A DNA stretch of 64,000 nt from Candidatus Multivorans sp. (GCA_965224025.1 OZ245033.1:384001-448000), one strand, 5' to 3'; shown: positions 9,807 to 20,956, counted from the first letter of the stretch. The notes: generated by a model not told the origin, from the letters alone. Made by a program: numbers and translations.

Positions 9807-11663
9807 CTAAGGGACGTACCAGATGGGCGACGACCAGGCACGCTCCTGGAGGGTGGGAGGCAGGCCGGGGTTCGGTGGCGTTCCCGCCCGGATAGCATCC
9901 CAGGTCGACCAGCGACAGGTGGGATTCTGCAACACGCGAACGTAGTAGAACGCGCGTTGGCCAGGATCGAAGTCCGGGTCCTGCCAGAGCGCTTCGAGCT
10001 CCGCAGCCCCCTGACCTTCAGTCGTCGCGCAGGTGCTCAGATCGACCGTGGCTCCGTTGTCGGGGCAGCGGTGGGTGTCGTCCGGGGTCGAGCCATCGGA
10101 GCAGGCTGCGTCGTAGACCCGCTCGTGCTTCGCACCGTCTTCGGTCCATCCCTTGATCACTTGCAGTCGAGCAAGGGGAGCCGCGGCCGGATCCCTGGTA
10201 GCCCACAACAGAAAGCGCGGAGCTCGTTGCTCGCCATCGGCCATCAGGTCTCCTCCCATGGAGACGCCGTCGGCGTAGGCCCTGGTGAGCCCGTCTGATC
10301 CAGCCAGCGTCGTCTGGTCGAGGTCGTAGCCGGCGAAGAAGCGGACCCGCATGCGAGGGCCGGTGGTGGCAAAGGTCTCCTTCCGTTGGAGGGCGCGAAA
10401 GATGTCCTCCCTGGTGTTCGATTCGGCCCACACTGCGGCCAGGCCCGAGGCACCCCAGTACTGACTGGACCCGTCGTCGTACTCGCCGGTTTCGGCCCGA
10501 GGAACCGACCCTCGCTGCTCCGGCGTTATGTCCAACAGGCCGGCCTTGCTCCAGTAATCCTCTTCCCGAAACGATCCGGCCGCATTGTGGGTATCCGAGG
10601 AGCCGATGAGGCCGAAGCGAAAGGGATTGAAGCCCTGCTCCTCTTCCATGGCCAGGCCGTTCAGGTAGGCATCGCGTACGTAGCTGCCCTGCGGCTTGCT
10701 CGGAGAGTCATTGCCGATGGTCCCTTCGATGATCCCGAAGTCAGCCCACTCGTCGTTCGGAGACAAGAGCGGATGCGTGTCAGAGGTGCCCTTGACCTGG
10801 GTTACCTCGACCAGCGGCTCGTTTCGCATCCGCTGCTCGGCGTAGGCCTGGTCGATTGCATTGCCTTCTCTGTCGGTCAACTGGAACATCCATCCGTCTG
10901 AGCCGTTGGAGTTGTGGGGGATCGCCAGAGAGTCGATGCCCTGCTCGCGCTGCCGGTCCATCCAGTCCCACAGCTTCTCCGGGTTGTTCCTGGCGTCCAG
11001 TCGACTGAAAGGAATGCTCGGCACATTCGAGCCAGGGAAGATCACGTTTCGATGCAGGTTCTCCCCACCGGGGCCGCTGCCAGTGAACTCGTAGGCGATG
11101 AGGGTGGTGAAAGTGCCTGGATCGTTGTGGCGCTCAGCGGCCGCGATGATCTCCCGCCATGCGCTCCCTACGATGCCGAGATCGAGCAGGTCGTCCTGAT
11201 CGACATATCCTCTCTGACGCGGCAGCACTTCTCGAAAAACGGCCGCGCGATCGCCGGGTGTTTCGGCGCTTCGGAGTGCGATCGACAGCGGATGTCGGCC
11301 AACCTCGGAATCGGGATTGTCCATCTGCTCGAACATGCCCAGGTAGGTGGCATGGTCGGCGACCGCGAGGAAGTCGAGCGGGGCCTCGAGGCGCATCTCG
11401 ATTCCGGCTGCGTGGGTCAGCGCTTCTCCCTTGGCGAACCTGTAGGCGTCGTCCGGATCGTTGCGGGTGCCGTAGATGTAGGCGTCGAAGGAGTACTTGG
11501 TGTGGACGTGAAGGTCGCCGAAGTAGGCGTCTCGAGTCGATGATCTCTGCTCCATCGGAGCGGCCTCTTCGCTGGCTCGAGCCGGGACCTCGGCAGGTTC
11601 ATCCGCACAACCGAGAGACAGGAGAAGAAAAGCTGTCAGCCAGACACCGCTACGCGCACACAT
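9807..11663 (-). CDS. DUF3604 domain lipoprotein (PHP-like metallohydrolase)
   Basis: YFGDLHVHTKYSFDA, NLHRNV, IPHNSNGS, SSDTH, QERAWSSPIW; lipobox LGC. Confidence 0.85.
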   Translation of the reverse strand: MCARSGVWLTAFLLLSLGCADEPAEVPARASEEAAPMEQRSSTRDAYFGDLHVHTKYSFDAYIYGTRNDPDDAYRFAKGEALTHAAGIEMRLEAPLDFLAVADHATYLGMFEQMDNPDSEVGRHPLSIALRSAETPGDRAAVFREVLPRQRGYVDQDDLLDLGIVGSAWREIIAAAERHNDPGTFTTLIAYEFTGSGPGGENLHRNVIFPGSNVPSIPFSRLDARNNPEKLWDWMDRQREQGIDSLAIPHNSNGSDGWMFQLTDREGNAIDQAYAEQRMRNEPLVEVTQVKGTSDTHPLLSPNDEWADFGIIEGTIGNDSPSKPQGSYVRDAYLNGLAMEEEQGFNPFRFGLIGSSDTHNAAGSFREEDYWSKAGLLDITPEQRGSVPRAETGEYDDGSSQYWGASGLAAVWAESNTREDIFRALQRKETFATTGPRMRVRFFAGYDLDQTTLAGSDGLTRAYADGVSMGGDLMADGEQRAPRFLLWATRDPAAAPLARLQVIKGWTEDGAKHERVYDAACSDGSTPDDTHRCPDNGATVDLSTCATTEGQGAAELEALWQDPDFDPGQRAFYYVRVLQNPTCRWSTWDAIRAGTPPNPGLPPTLQERAWSSPIWYVP

Positions 11664-11824
11664 GGTCTTCTCGTTTCTCTTCGGTTCCATGACCGGAGTG
11701 GATGCGATCCGTTCTCGGAGCCCCCATCCTAACGCGGTCTGCACGCTACAGTAGGCACCGAACGACTACCGGCGTTTCGAGCCTGTCGAACCGAGGCGTC
11801 GCTGAAGGCAACAAAGGAGATACG

Positions 11825-13183
11825 ATGACGCGCACCTTCAAGAGATTCCCGTTGGTTCTAGCGCTGGCGATGGGCGCGATCGGAGTCGGGGCCGGCAGCT
11901 TGCGCGCCGGTACGCTCCCGGACTGCGAGGCGCTGCCGACGATGGACTTCACGAGCATTCAGGATGCGCCGACGCAGGTGACGGCGACCCGAATGGTGGA
12001 GGCCGCCGGCGAGGTGCCCGCCCATTGCCGGGTGGAGGGGTATGTCGCGCCCAATGTCCGGATCGTGCTACGCCTGCCGAACAGCGCCGCGTGGAGCGGC
12101 AGGTTCCTGGAGGCGAGCCCTGGTGGCTATGGCGGCTCGACGGAATCGATGGCCGCCTGGTGCGATGAGGCCTTGCGGAGAGGCTATGCCTGTCTCTCAC
12201 ACGATACGGGGCATTTCGGAAGAACAAGAAGGGCCTCGTGGGCCTACAACAATCTCCAGGCGGAGTTCGACTACGGCATCCGCGGTCACCATGTCGCCGC
12301 CCTGGCGGGCAAGGCAATCACCGAACACTTCTACGGCCGGGTGCCGGCGTTCTCCTATCACGTGGGCTGTTCCGCCGGCGGGAAGCAGGGGATGGTCCAA
12401 GCGAATCGCTTTCCCTGGAACTTCGACGGCATTCTCGTCCAGGAGCCCGCGAATGTAACGGCCACGGGTGTGGTGATCCTGTGGAACGCCTTGGCAACGC
12501 ATGACGCGGACGGCCAGCCGCTGTTCACACCCGCCGATCTGGACGTGCTGCACGCGGGGGCCATTGCCGCCTGCGATGCGGACGATGGCCTCGAGGATGG
12601 GATCATCGGTGGCGATCCCCGGACCTGCCAATTCGATCCGGCCGACCTGACCTGCGCGTCGGGGCAGACATCGGGCTGTCTATCGCCGATCCAGGTGGAG
12701 GCGGCCAGGAAAGTGGACAGCGGGCCGGTGACATCGACCGGGGAGAAGCTCAGAAAGTACTTCCCGTGGTACCCCGCCATGCGCGGCTCGGAGAAGGGCA
12801 ACTACTTCTCCATGGATCTCGAGTCCAGGACCTCGTGGGGGCGGTTCATGGGGTTCAACCCGGATCCGGGACCGAGCTGGACGGCGACCGACTTCGATTT
12901 CGACCACGATTACAAGCGCACCGGGATGATGGATGCGCTGGTGAATGGTTACAGCAATCCCGATCTGCGCAATTTCAAGGCTGCGGGTGGCAAGCTGCTG
13001 ATCATCCAGGGTTGGGAGGACTCTGGTCTGCCCTCACCGCAAGTCACTGTCGACTACTATGAGATGGCGGAACGCATCATGGGCGGGCGGGCCAGCACCC
13101 AAGAGGCGGTTCGGCTGTTCATGATTCCGGGACGTACGCATTGCTATGGCGGCGTTGGCGCGGACCGGGCAGCGTTTGAGTAG
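11825..13183 (+). CDS. Tannase/feruloyl esterase family hydrolase, C-terminus apparently truncated
   Basis: DTGH, GCSAGG, CDADDGLEDG, PDLRNFKAAGGKLL, PGRTHC; AAGGAG RBS; stops soon after the catalytic His. Confidence 0.82.
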   Translation: MTRTFKRFPLVLALAMGAIGVGAGSLRAGTLPDCEALPTMDFTSIQDAPTQVTATRMVEAAGEVPAHCRVEGYVAPNVRIVLRLPNSAAWSGRFLEASPGGYGGSTESMAAWCDEALRRGYACLSHDTGHFGRTRRASWAYNNLQAEFDYGIRGHHVAALAGKAITEHFYGRVPAFSYHVGCSAGGKQGMVQANRFPWNFDGILVQEPANVTATGVVILWNALATHDADGQPLFTPADLDVLHAGAIAACDADDGLEDGIIGGDPRTCQFDPADLTCASGQTSGCLSPIQVEAARKVDSGPVTSTGEKLRKYFPWYPAMRGSEKGNYFSMDLESRTSWGRFMGFNPDPGPSWTATDFDFDHDYKRTGMMDALVNGYSNPDLRNFKAAGGKLLIIQGWEDSGLPSPQVTVDYYEMAERIMGGRASTQEAVRLFMIPGRTHCYGGVGADRAAFE

Positions 13184-13280
13184 AATCCCCATGTTCGCCC
13201 ATCTGGTCGGATGAGTGGTCGTTCAGCTTAGGGTGATGGGGAGCAGGGACGCAATGGGCAGAGCGGCAGCGAACGGTGCA

Positions 13281-13613
13281 TCAAGGGAGGGCCTTCTCCT
13301 CGACCGCCTGCTTGATCCAACTGTTCAGGCTGACGCCGAGCGCGCTTGCCGAGAGCGCGGCTTGTTGGTGCAGGTCTGGGCCCAGCCGCAGGTTGAGGAC
13401 GCCGGAGAACGGCATGCGCGGCTCGACATCGTCCTCCTCGCACGATGCAAGATACTCGTCGATGGAGACTTCAAATTCACGCCGAATCCCATCAACGTCC
13501 GTCGCTTCGAACGTCGCAATGGGATACGGGCCGCTGTTGACGACCCAGCCTTGAAGGCGACCCACCGAGTCGTCAAACTCGACGGCGGCGACGTAGCCCT
13601 TGTACTTCATCAT
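13281..13613 (-). CDS. hicB: HicB antitoxin
   Basis: MMKYKGYVAAVEFD...PFSGVLNLRLGPDLH...SLNSWI. Confidence 0.88.
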   Translation of the reverse strand: MMKYKGYVAAVEFDDSVGRLQGWVVNSGPYPIATFEATDVDGIRREFEVSIDEYLASCEEDDVEPRMPFSGVLNLRLGPDLHQQAALSASALGVSLNSWIKQAVEEKALP

Positions 13614-13864
13614 GGCTTCACTCCTGCAGCTTCGAGAAAGGCAACGATGGCTCGCAACGTCCCACGTCCCAGAACCGGTGCCGGGTGCGGCCGATGCACG
13701 ACCATCCTTTCCGCGTCCTTCTTGAGGAGCAGTCTCGACCCGGAACGTTCCGAAACCTCCACGCCGGCTGCTTGAAGCATGGCGACGGCGTCCGCCCAAC
13801 GGATGCCCGCTGGTGTAGGCCGCGCGCGCATGCTCTCCAAAGTTCGCCGGTGCTTGCTCCTCAT
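13610..13864 (-). CDS. hicA: HicA toxin
   Basis: KHRRTLE, IRWAD, SGSR, HRPHP; ATGA overlap with hicB. Confidence 0.88.
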   Translation of the reverse strand: MRSKHRRTLESMRARPTPAGIRWADAVAMLQAAGVEVSERSGSRLLLKKDAERMVVHRPHPAPVLGRGTLRAIVAFLEAAGVKP

Positions 13865-14099
13865 GGTACCGTCCGTAGTATCTTACAGGCCAAACGATGA
13901 CCAGGCGAGATCGAGGCCGGTCAGGTCCAGCCGGCGGCCGATGTGTTTGCACGGCTCCGGAAGCGACACCAGACTGAGCGCGGTGCTACGACACCGAGCT
14001 GTGACATGCCCGCATCGCGCCGGACGATGGGACCGCTGCGGAACGTCCTAGCCGCCCGCCGCGTCAACCGGCGAGAACCCGAGTGGCGCGATCCGCGTC

Positions 14100-14200
14100 T
14101 GATCCCCAACAATCTCCGCCAGCACCGGCTCGATGTACCCGTAGAACCGCTCCGGGTCCTCGGACATCGGGAAGTGGCCCAACCCCTTCATTGTCCGGTC
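14100..14200 (-). pseudogene. Alpha/beta hydrolase C-terminal fragment
   Basis: MKGLGHFPMSEDPERFYGYIEPVL with no upstream domain; boundaries approximate. Confidence 0.55.
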
Positions 14201-14280
14201 ATCCGGGAATCGTAGCGCGGCGCCGAGACGGTGTAAGCCGGCGCCCTCGCCAGCTTCCGGAAAAGCGCGCTGCGGTTTCG

Positions 14281-14360
14281 GCTGCGGTAGAGAGTTGGCC
14301 GAGATGACGCCGGTGCTCTGGGTGCGCGGGTCTTCTGACCCGCTGCCGCCGTAGGCGGCC
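14281..14360. repeat. REP-like hairpin element (single copy)
   Basis: GCTGCGGTAGAGAG box then CTCTGGGTGC-GCGGGTC-TTCT-GACCCGC at 14316. Confidence 0.8.
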
Positions 14361-14477
14361 AACAAACCGCGCCGCGAAGCGGCGACCGCTCTCCGCCGGG
14401 CGCGACGGCGACACCAAGTGGAATCAAGAACGTCGGTCAAACGTTTGGCCTACACACAGAGCGAAAGGAGTCCCTCG

Positions 14478-15495
14478 ATGATCTGGAGAGCCTTGCTACT
14501 CGCGGCCTCAGCGGCAGTGCCGGCAGCGACCGCCCAGCAGAACGACGAATCCAAGCCGACCCCTGTGGATCTCGTCGAGGAAGAGATGCAGGTCGTGGGA
14601 GAGCTACTCGGGCCGCCCCTCTGGAAGGTCACCAAGGACGACCATGTCCTGTGGATCCTGGGTACTCCGGAACTGGTACCGGACGATCTCTGGCGATCGG
14701 ACTTCGTCGAACACGTCCTGGCCCACTCCAGCGAGTACCTGACGTCCCCGGACGTGCGCATCACGGCGTCGAACCCCGTAAGAGTGATGCAAGGGCTCAG
14801 GAAGTACAGGCGCACACGACGAATCCCGGACCGCGGAACCCTGGAGAACCTGCTGCCAGAGGACCTGTACCAGCTCTTCTCCGAGACCAGACTCAGCTAC
14901 GCGCCGAAGCGAGACGACCTCGAGAGATTGCGGCCTAGCGTCGCGGCCAAGGAACTCGTCGACTCTGCGGCGGAATCCGCAGGCCTCCAATCGGGCCTTG
15001 TGATTTGTCGGGCAATCGAGCAAAGAGCCAAGAAGCACAACGTCAAGAAGGTGCCAACGGTTCTCTCCGAGCGCTTCAAGGACTCCTCTCTCCTCGATTC
15101 GATGGAAGGAAATGTCCGCAGTTGCGGAGCAAGCCTGTCTGCAGGCACGTCTTCAAGGGCTCGATGCCCAGCTAGAGGCGCACACGCGTCTGGCGGCTGC
15201 CTGGGCCGAAGGCGATCTGGCCTCGCTTAGAGCCCATCCGGCCGGTTCGGCCACAGAGGTCTGCGATCCCTGGCGACTCGCCCCCTACCCAGAGGAGCTG
15301 AACCTGGCGGAATCGCGTCGCTGGGCACTCTGGCTCGAGAACGCCGATCGCGCATTGCGCGACAACGACTCCACTTTCGCCACCCTGCCTCTCAGCGACC
15401 TGCTGCGGCCCGACGGACCCCTGGCGTGGCTCCGACAGAGAGGCTACGAAGTCCTGGAGCCAGACGAAGCTCCTCCGGAGGGGCAGCAAGGCTAA
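14478..15495 (+). CDS. TraB/GumN family protein, frameshifted near 15110
   Basis: PPLWKVTKDDHVLWILGT N-terminus and LLRPDGPLAWLRQRGYEV C-terminus in different frames; AAGGAG RBS. Confidence 0.75.
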
Positions 15496-15505
15496 GGCCA
15501 GTCCG

Positions 15506-15813
15506 GTTGCAGTAGAGAATCTCGCTGCCCGGCGCCCGTTCTCTGGGTGCGCGGACCTTCTGGTCCGCATCGAGCGCGATGCTGCGAAGCAGCGAGCACG
15601 AGCTTGTTCCATGCAAGTAGGAACAGCGCCCCGCTGCGCTTGCACGCAGGGAACTGGGCCGCGGACTGGCGCGCAGGCGCAGAACTGTCGCCGGCCTTCG
15701 GCCAGCGGCAGTTTTCTCCGGACTTCGCCGCTTCGCGGCTTCGCCCGGAAGCGGACCAGAAGGTCCGCGCACCCAGAGAACCGCCGTCGACGCGTTGTGG
15801 TTCCCTGCTGCAG
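15506..15813. repeat. Inverted REP-like doublet (REPIN/MITE-like)
   Basis: GTTGCAGTAGAGAA plus hairpin at 15541, inverted hairpin at 15751 plus TTCCCTGCTGCAG. Confidence 0.85.
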
Positions 15814-15918
15814 TTGACATCGCCGTGGGCGCCTTTGGCGGCCAGTTCCATGCAAGCATGCGCCTCCGACTCGCTCCCGCTACCTTCGGCGGCGCAAGCT
15901 CCTAGAATCCTCCCTGCA

Positions 15919-16413
15919 ATGCCCGACCCCGACTTCTCCACCTTCCCCCTCAAGAAGAAGGGCAACCGCTACCAGGACTTTGAGGAAGGCCGGACCTTCG
16001 ACCACCACTGGGGCCGCACCCTCAGCGAAGCGGACAACGCGCTCTTCGCCACCGCCACGATGCGGTTCACCCCGCTCTACTTCAACGCCGAGTACGCGCG
16101 CGCCCACGGCCACGACTCGGTGGTCATCGACCCGCTGCTCGTGCTCTGCACCGTGGTCGGCATGTCCGTCGAGGACCTCTCCGAAGGCGGCGGACCGTTC
16201 CTCGGCGTGAACGACGTGAAGTTCCACCAGCCCGTCTACCCAGGCGACACGATCACCGGCAAGAGCCGCGTCGTGAAACGCCGCGAGTCCGGCTCCAGAC
16301 CCCACTTCGGCATCGTCACCTGGGAGACGGAGGCCCGCAACCAGCACGGCAACGTCGTGCTGACCTACCAGCGCACCAACCTCGTCGCCAAGCGCCGGGA
16401 GCCCGCGCCATGA
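15919..16413 (+). CDS. MaoC family dehydratase
   Basis: GNRYQDFEEG..HHWGRTLSEADN, PVYPGDTI. Confidence 0.88.
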   Translation: MPDPDFSTFPLKKKGNRYQDFEEGRTFDHHWGRTLSEADNALFATATMRFTPLYFNAEYARAHGHDSVVIDPLLVLCTVVGMSVEDLSEGGGPFLGVNDVKFHQPVYPGDTITGKSRVVKRRESGSRPHFGIVTWETEARNQHGNVVLTYQRTNLVAKRREPAP

Positions 16414-16883
16414 CCACAGCCCTCACCTCCCCCTCCACCTACTTCGAAGACTTCGCCGCCGGCCAGAAGATGCGCCACGCCCGCGGCACCACGATCGACG
16501 AAGTCGAAAGCCAGCTCCTCACCAAGCTCGTCCTGAACACCGCCGACGGCCACTTCGACGAGCACAAGATGAAGGCGTCCCCCTTCGGCCAGCGCCTCGT
16601 GTTCGGCCTCGTCACCGGCTCGACGGTCATCGGCCTGGCGACCCAGGACACGGCCGAGAACGCGCTCGCCGAGCTCGGCCTCGACAGGATGCGCTTCCGC
16701 GCGCCCGTCTTCCTCGGCGACTCGCTAACCGCCTACACCGAGGTGCTCGAGACCCGCGACGCCGACCGCGACGACGCCGGCGTCGTCCGCTTCAAGCACT
16801 GGGGCACGAAGCAGGACGGCACGATCGTCTTCGAGGGCGAGCGCGAGGTCCTCATCAAGCGCCGCTCGCACTGGGGGTCGTAG
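16410..16883 (+). CDS. MaoC family dehydratase
   Basis: YFEDF, HARGTTI, HFD, PFGQRLVFG, PVFLGD. Confidence 0.88.
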   Translation: MTTALTSPSTYFEDFAAGQKMRHARGTTIDEVESQLLTKLVLNTADGHFDEHKMKASPFGQRLVFGLVTGSTVIGLATQDTAENALAELGLDRMRFRAPVFLGDSLTAYTEVLETRDADRDDAGVVRFKHWGTKQDGTIVFEGEREVLIKRRSHWGS

Positions 16884-18145
16884 TGGGCGGCGGGTCAGGC
16901 CCCCTCTCCGACCTCGTCATCATCGACTGCACGATGGCGCTCGCCGGGCCGTTCGGCTCGGCGATCCTCGCCGACCTCGGCGCCGACGTGATCAAGGTGG
17001 AGCCGCCGACGGGCGACATGTCGCGCCCCTCGCCGCCGACGCCGCCGGATTTCATCCACCCCGCCCAGGGCAAGGCCGGGGTCGACGGCGGCTGCGACTT
17101 CGGCGGCTACTTCGGCAGCATCAACCGAAACAAGCGCAGCATCTCGCTCAACCTGAAGGACGAGGCCGACCGCGAGACCTTCCTCCGCCTGTGCGAGCAG
17201 GCCGACGCCGTGCTCGAGAACATGCGCGCCGGCGTGATGGACCGGCTCGGGCTGAGCTACGAGACGATCCGCGAGCGCAACCCGCGGATCGTCTACGCGG
17301 CGCTGCGCGGCTTCGGCGACCCGCGGACCGGCGAGAGCCCCCACGCCGACTGGCCCGCCTTCGACATCGTGGCCCAGGCGATGGGCGGCTTCGCCCACAT
17401 CAACGGCCCCGCGGGCGACGGCGGGTCTGGAGGCGGCTACCCCGGGGGCGCCTCCGTCGGCGACCTGTTTCCCGGGACGCTGATGGCGCTCGGCGTCGTC
17501 GCCGGGGTCCACCACGCGCGGCGCACCGGCAAGGGCCAGTTCATGGACGTCGCGATGGTCGACGGCGTCAACCTGCTGTGCGAGTCCCTCTTCGCGAACT
17601 ACGGCGCCGCGAAGTCCAATCAGCTCGGGCCGCGCGGCAGGCACCACCACAGCCTGTGCCCGTTCGGCATCTTCGACGCGAAGGACGGCGGCGTGGCGAT
17701 CGCAGCGCCCATGCCGGCCCAGTGGGAGATCCTCTGCCACGAGATGGGGCGGCCCGAACTCGTCGACGACGAACGCACGAAGGACTTCGCGGCCCGCCGC
17801 AAGCACCGGGAGTTCGTGGAAGGCGCCGTCTCCGAGTGGACCGGCGGGCGTACCCGCGACCAGGTCACAGACGCGCTCGCCGGCCGGGTCCCCTGCGGCC
17901 CGGTGCAGACCGCGGCCGACATCTTCGAGAGCCCCCACACCGCGGTCCGCGAGATGGTCGCCGAAGTCGAGCTGCCGGGCGACAACGAACCGGTCAGGAT
18001 CGTCGGCAGCCCGATCAAGTACACCGAAACGAAGACCGGCGTGCGCAGCAGGGCGCCACTGCTCGACGAGCACCGCGAAGAGATCCTCGCCCAATTCGGG
18101 ATCAACGCCGGGATCGACCGGGAAGACCCGCCCAAGGAGAGTTAG
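16883..18145 (+). CDS. CaiB/BaiF family III CoA-transferase
   Basis: LAGPF..LADLGADVIKVEPP, NRNKRSISLNLK, AFDIVAQA. Confidence 0.92.
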   Translation: MGGGSGPLSDLVIIDCTMALAGPFGSAILADLGADVIKVEPPTGDMSRPSPPTPPDFIHPAQGKAGVDGGCDFGGYFGSINRNKRSISLNLKDEADRETFLRLCEQADAVLENMRAGVMDRLGLSYETIRERNPRIVYAALRGFGDPRTGESPHADWPAFDIVAQAMGGFAHINGPAGDGGSGGGYPGGASVGDLFPGTLMALGVVAGVHHARRTGKGQFMDVAMVDGVNLLCESLFANYGAAKSNQLGPRGRHHHSLCPFGIFDAKDGGVAIAAPMPAQWEILCHEMGRPELVDDERTKDFAARRKHREFVEGAVSEWTGGRTRDQVTDALAGRVPCGPVQTAADIFESPHTAVREMVAEVELPGDNEPVRIVGSPIKYTETKTGVRSRAPLLDEHREEILAQFGINAGIDREDPPKES

Positions 18146-18147
18146 CC

Positions 18148-19050
18148 ATGCGACTGAGACGTTCCGAGCTGGCGGTGCCGGCCAGCAACCCCAGGATGGT
18201 CGAGAAGTCGGCCGGAAGCTCTGCCGACCTCGTCTTCCTCGACCTGGAGGACGCCGTCTCTCCCGACAAGAAGGAGGGCGCGCGCCAGATCGCCATCGAC
18301 GGCCTGAACGATCTCGACTGGGGCAGCAAGGTGCGCTCCGTGCGCGTGAACGACCACACCACCCGCTGGGCCGTCGACGACGTGATCAGCGTCGTCGAAG
18401 GCACCGGCCAGAACCTCGACATCATCATCCTGCCCAAGGTCAAGCAGCCCCGCGACATCTGGTTCTTCGAAACGATGCTCGACGGCCTCGAGCTCAAGCT
18501 CGGCCTTGACCGCAAGATCGGCCTGGAGGCCCTGATCGAGGAGGCCGAGGGCCTCGCCAACGTCGAGGCCATCGCCACCTCCTCGCCCCGCCTCGAAGCG
18601 CTCATCCTCGGCTTCGGCGACCTCTCCGGCAGCATGGGCATGCGCTTCGGCCACGAACTCGACAAGGACTACCGCTATCCCGGCGACATGTGGTCCGCCC
18701 ACCGCGTCCGCATGATCGCCGCCTGCCGCGCCGCCGGCATCGACGCCATCGACGGCCCCTTCGGCGACTTCAAGAACGACAGGGCCTACATGAAGCAGGC
18801 CACCTACGCCGCCACCCTCGGCGCCGTCGGCAAGTGGTGCATCCACCCCAACCAGATTCCCCTCGCCAACGACGTCTTCGCCCCGTCGCCCAGGGAGATC
18901 AAGCAGGCGCAGAAGATGGTCGACCTGTACAACGAGTCGGTGGCGAAGGGAGCCGGGGCCGGCGGCAAGGGCGGGCAGTTGGTGGATGCGGCGACCTTGC
19001 GGATCTATGAGCCGGTGTTGGAGCGGGCGAGGGCTACGGGGCGGTTGTAG
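18148..19050 (+). CDS. CitE/malyl-CoA lyase-like CoA ester lyase
   Basis: RRSELAVP, LDLEDAV, GFGDL, GKWCIHPNQI; AAGGAG RBS. Confidence 0.9.
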   Translation: MRLRRSELAVPASNPRMVEKSAGSSADLVFLDLEDAVSPDKKEGARQIAIDGLNDLDWGSKVRSVRVNDHTTRWAVDDVISVVEGTGQNLDIIILPKVKQPRDIWFFETMLDGLELKLGLDRKIGLEALIEEAEGLANVEAIATSSPRLEALILGFGDLSGSMGMRFGHELDKDYRYPGDMWSAHRVRMIAACRAAGIDAIDGPFGDFKNDRAYMKQATYAATLGAVGKWCIHPNQIPLANDVFAPSPREIKQAQKMVDLYNESVAKGAGAGGKGGQLVDAATLRIYEPVLERARATGRL

Positions 19051-19162
19051 GGGCAAGCTGGCGGAAGACACGCGGCTGGTCCCTACCCTGACCCAAACTC
19101 AACGATCGCCTGAGAACCGCAACCGATACGCTAACGACCTCGACCTGCTTAGGAGAACATCA

Positions 19163-19624
19163 ATGAGAAGGTTCTTCGTTGCTCTTGCCATATCGTCGAT
19201 CGGGGTGAACGTCGCATTCGCCCAAGACCGACCCGTTCTTGGCCTGGACGATCTGGTTCCCAAGACGCTCCAGGCACAGATGGGACTTCAGAAACTGACG
19301 TCCCGCGAACGGGAGAAGATCCGCACTTTGTTGGTCGATACGTACTTGAGAGGCGTGGAGGAAGGTAAGCGGCTGTCAGCCGCGCTAACTCCCGGCAGCA
19401 ATTCGAGGTGTGACGTCGAAAGCAGCGTCGATGGTGAGTTCGAGGGGTGGGAAGGCGATACGGTTATCAGGCTGATGAATGGCCAGATATGGGAGCAATC
19501 AGAGTACTACTATGAGTACTCGTACAGCTACATGCCACGTGTGACGATCTTCCAGTCAAGAGGGCAATGCAAGATGCTTGTCGACGGGACCGATGAGCCA
19601 GTAGGTGTCAGACAGATTAGGTGA
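19163..19624 (+). CDS. Secreted hypothetical protein
   Basis: AGGAG RBS, signal peptide, GEFEGWEGDTVIRLMNGQIWEQ. Confidence 0.7.
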   Translation: MRRFFVALAISSIGVNVAFAQDRPVLGLDDLVPKTLQAQMGLQKLTSREREKIRTLLVDTYLRGVEEGKRLSAALTPGSNSRCDVESSVDGEFEGWEGDTVIRLMNGQIWEQSEYYYEYSYSYMPRVTIFQSRGQCKMLVDGTDEPVGVRQIR

Positions 19625-19693
19625 CGAAGTAAGACTCGACGTCCTCTCTGCTCGCTAGACCGGCCCTTCACAGTGCTCCCGATACGCACACTT

Positions 19694-20956
19694 CTAGTTC
19701 CGTTTAGTGACGCTGAATGAGCCACTGTCCGACACGGTGCAGTTGACTGTGGACCAAGTGCCCCGCAACGACGAACCACGGAGCGTCGCCGCCACTGCCT
19801 GCAGACAGCTGGTCGGATCTGCTGGGTACAACGTCACTGAAACCGCGGAGCCGGTGACCGTACCACTGAGCGTACCCGAGTTGGTGCCCACCGATGGGTA
19901 GTTGACGGACCACGTACCCGAAAGGGACGAGCCAACCTGAGTGATGGTCGCCCTTACCGATCCGACGACGGAAGTCTGCGTGCTTGTCGCCGAGCCGGTC
20001 CATGTACCAGTGAGCGGCGGAGCCAAGATGACCACGCGTACACCGGTGGAGCAGTTGTTGTTCGTATCGGACTCGCCCGACACGGAATCGACACAGGCAC
20101 CGAGGTACGACGTACCGGGGCGTGACGACACGAGTTGAATCGTCTTTCGGCTCGTACCCGAGGCGGGGAGGGCCGCCACGACATCGCTGCTGATGAACTC
20201 ATCCGAATCGCTGATCGTAGAGTTACTCGAGGAGTAGTAGCGTATCGTGGTGGATGAAGCAGCCCCGTCACCCGCGTTTCGCACCGTGGCACGAAAGGAG
20301 AAGGACTGGTCGGTGACGGGACTCGGGTCGCTGACCGACGGGGACTGAACTACCAGGTCCGGAGCACCGCCCGCGCCGCCGTTGTCGTCGTCGCCGTTGC
20401 CGCCCCCGGTCTCGTCGGAGCAACTGAACGCTCTGAGGTCGCTCTTAGTCGCAGCCGTCCGGCCCTGCTCATTGCTGTGCGTCCAGCGTCGGCCGCCGGG
20501 GCCTATGATCCAGAGATTGAACTCGAGGGTCGTGACCGGCGCGACAAAGGCCCAACGATGGCCGTTGTTGGAACAGCCGTTCAGCACCTTGACCAGCACC
20601 TCAGCGTTGCCCCGATCGAAGAACCAGAGGATGCCGGACTGACCTGAGGCCCAGACGCCGGACTTAGCCTGGCCCACCTGCCCTTCCGGCGTGCGGTAGC
20701 ACATGCTGACCCGGTAGCCGCCGTCAAACTCCAGCGCTGTCGTCGTCGGCGTGCAGTTGGAAACGGTGGCCTGCGGAATGGAGGTTCTTGCCTCCTCCGT
20801 ATCGGTACGGAGGCCAGCGTCGCGGATGGGTGACTGGTGCTCGTGAACGGTCTCTCGCGAGCCGTTCGCTGCATCGGTTTATGCAGAGGCGACGGCCACA
20901 AAAGTGGCGAGAGAAGCGGGCAGTATGGTGAAGACGGCGATGGCAATCGGGCGCAC
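19694..20956 (-). pseudogene. Secreted CARDB-domain protein with an in-frame stop after the signal peptide
   Basis: GTG at 20956, signal peptide ending ASA, TAA at 20879-20881, then the same frame gives SGILWFFDRGNAEVLVKVLNGC and CARDB-like PDLVV...GACVDSVSGESDTNNNCS. Confidence 0.7.
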
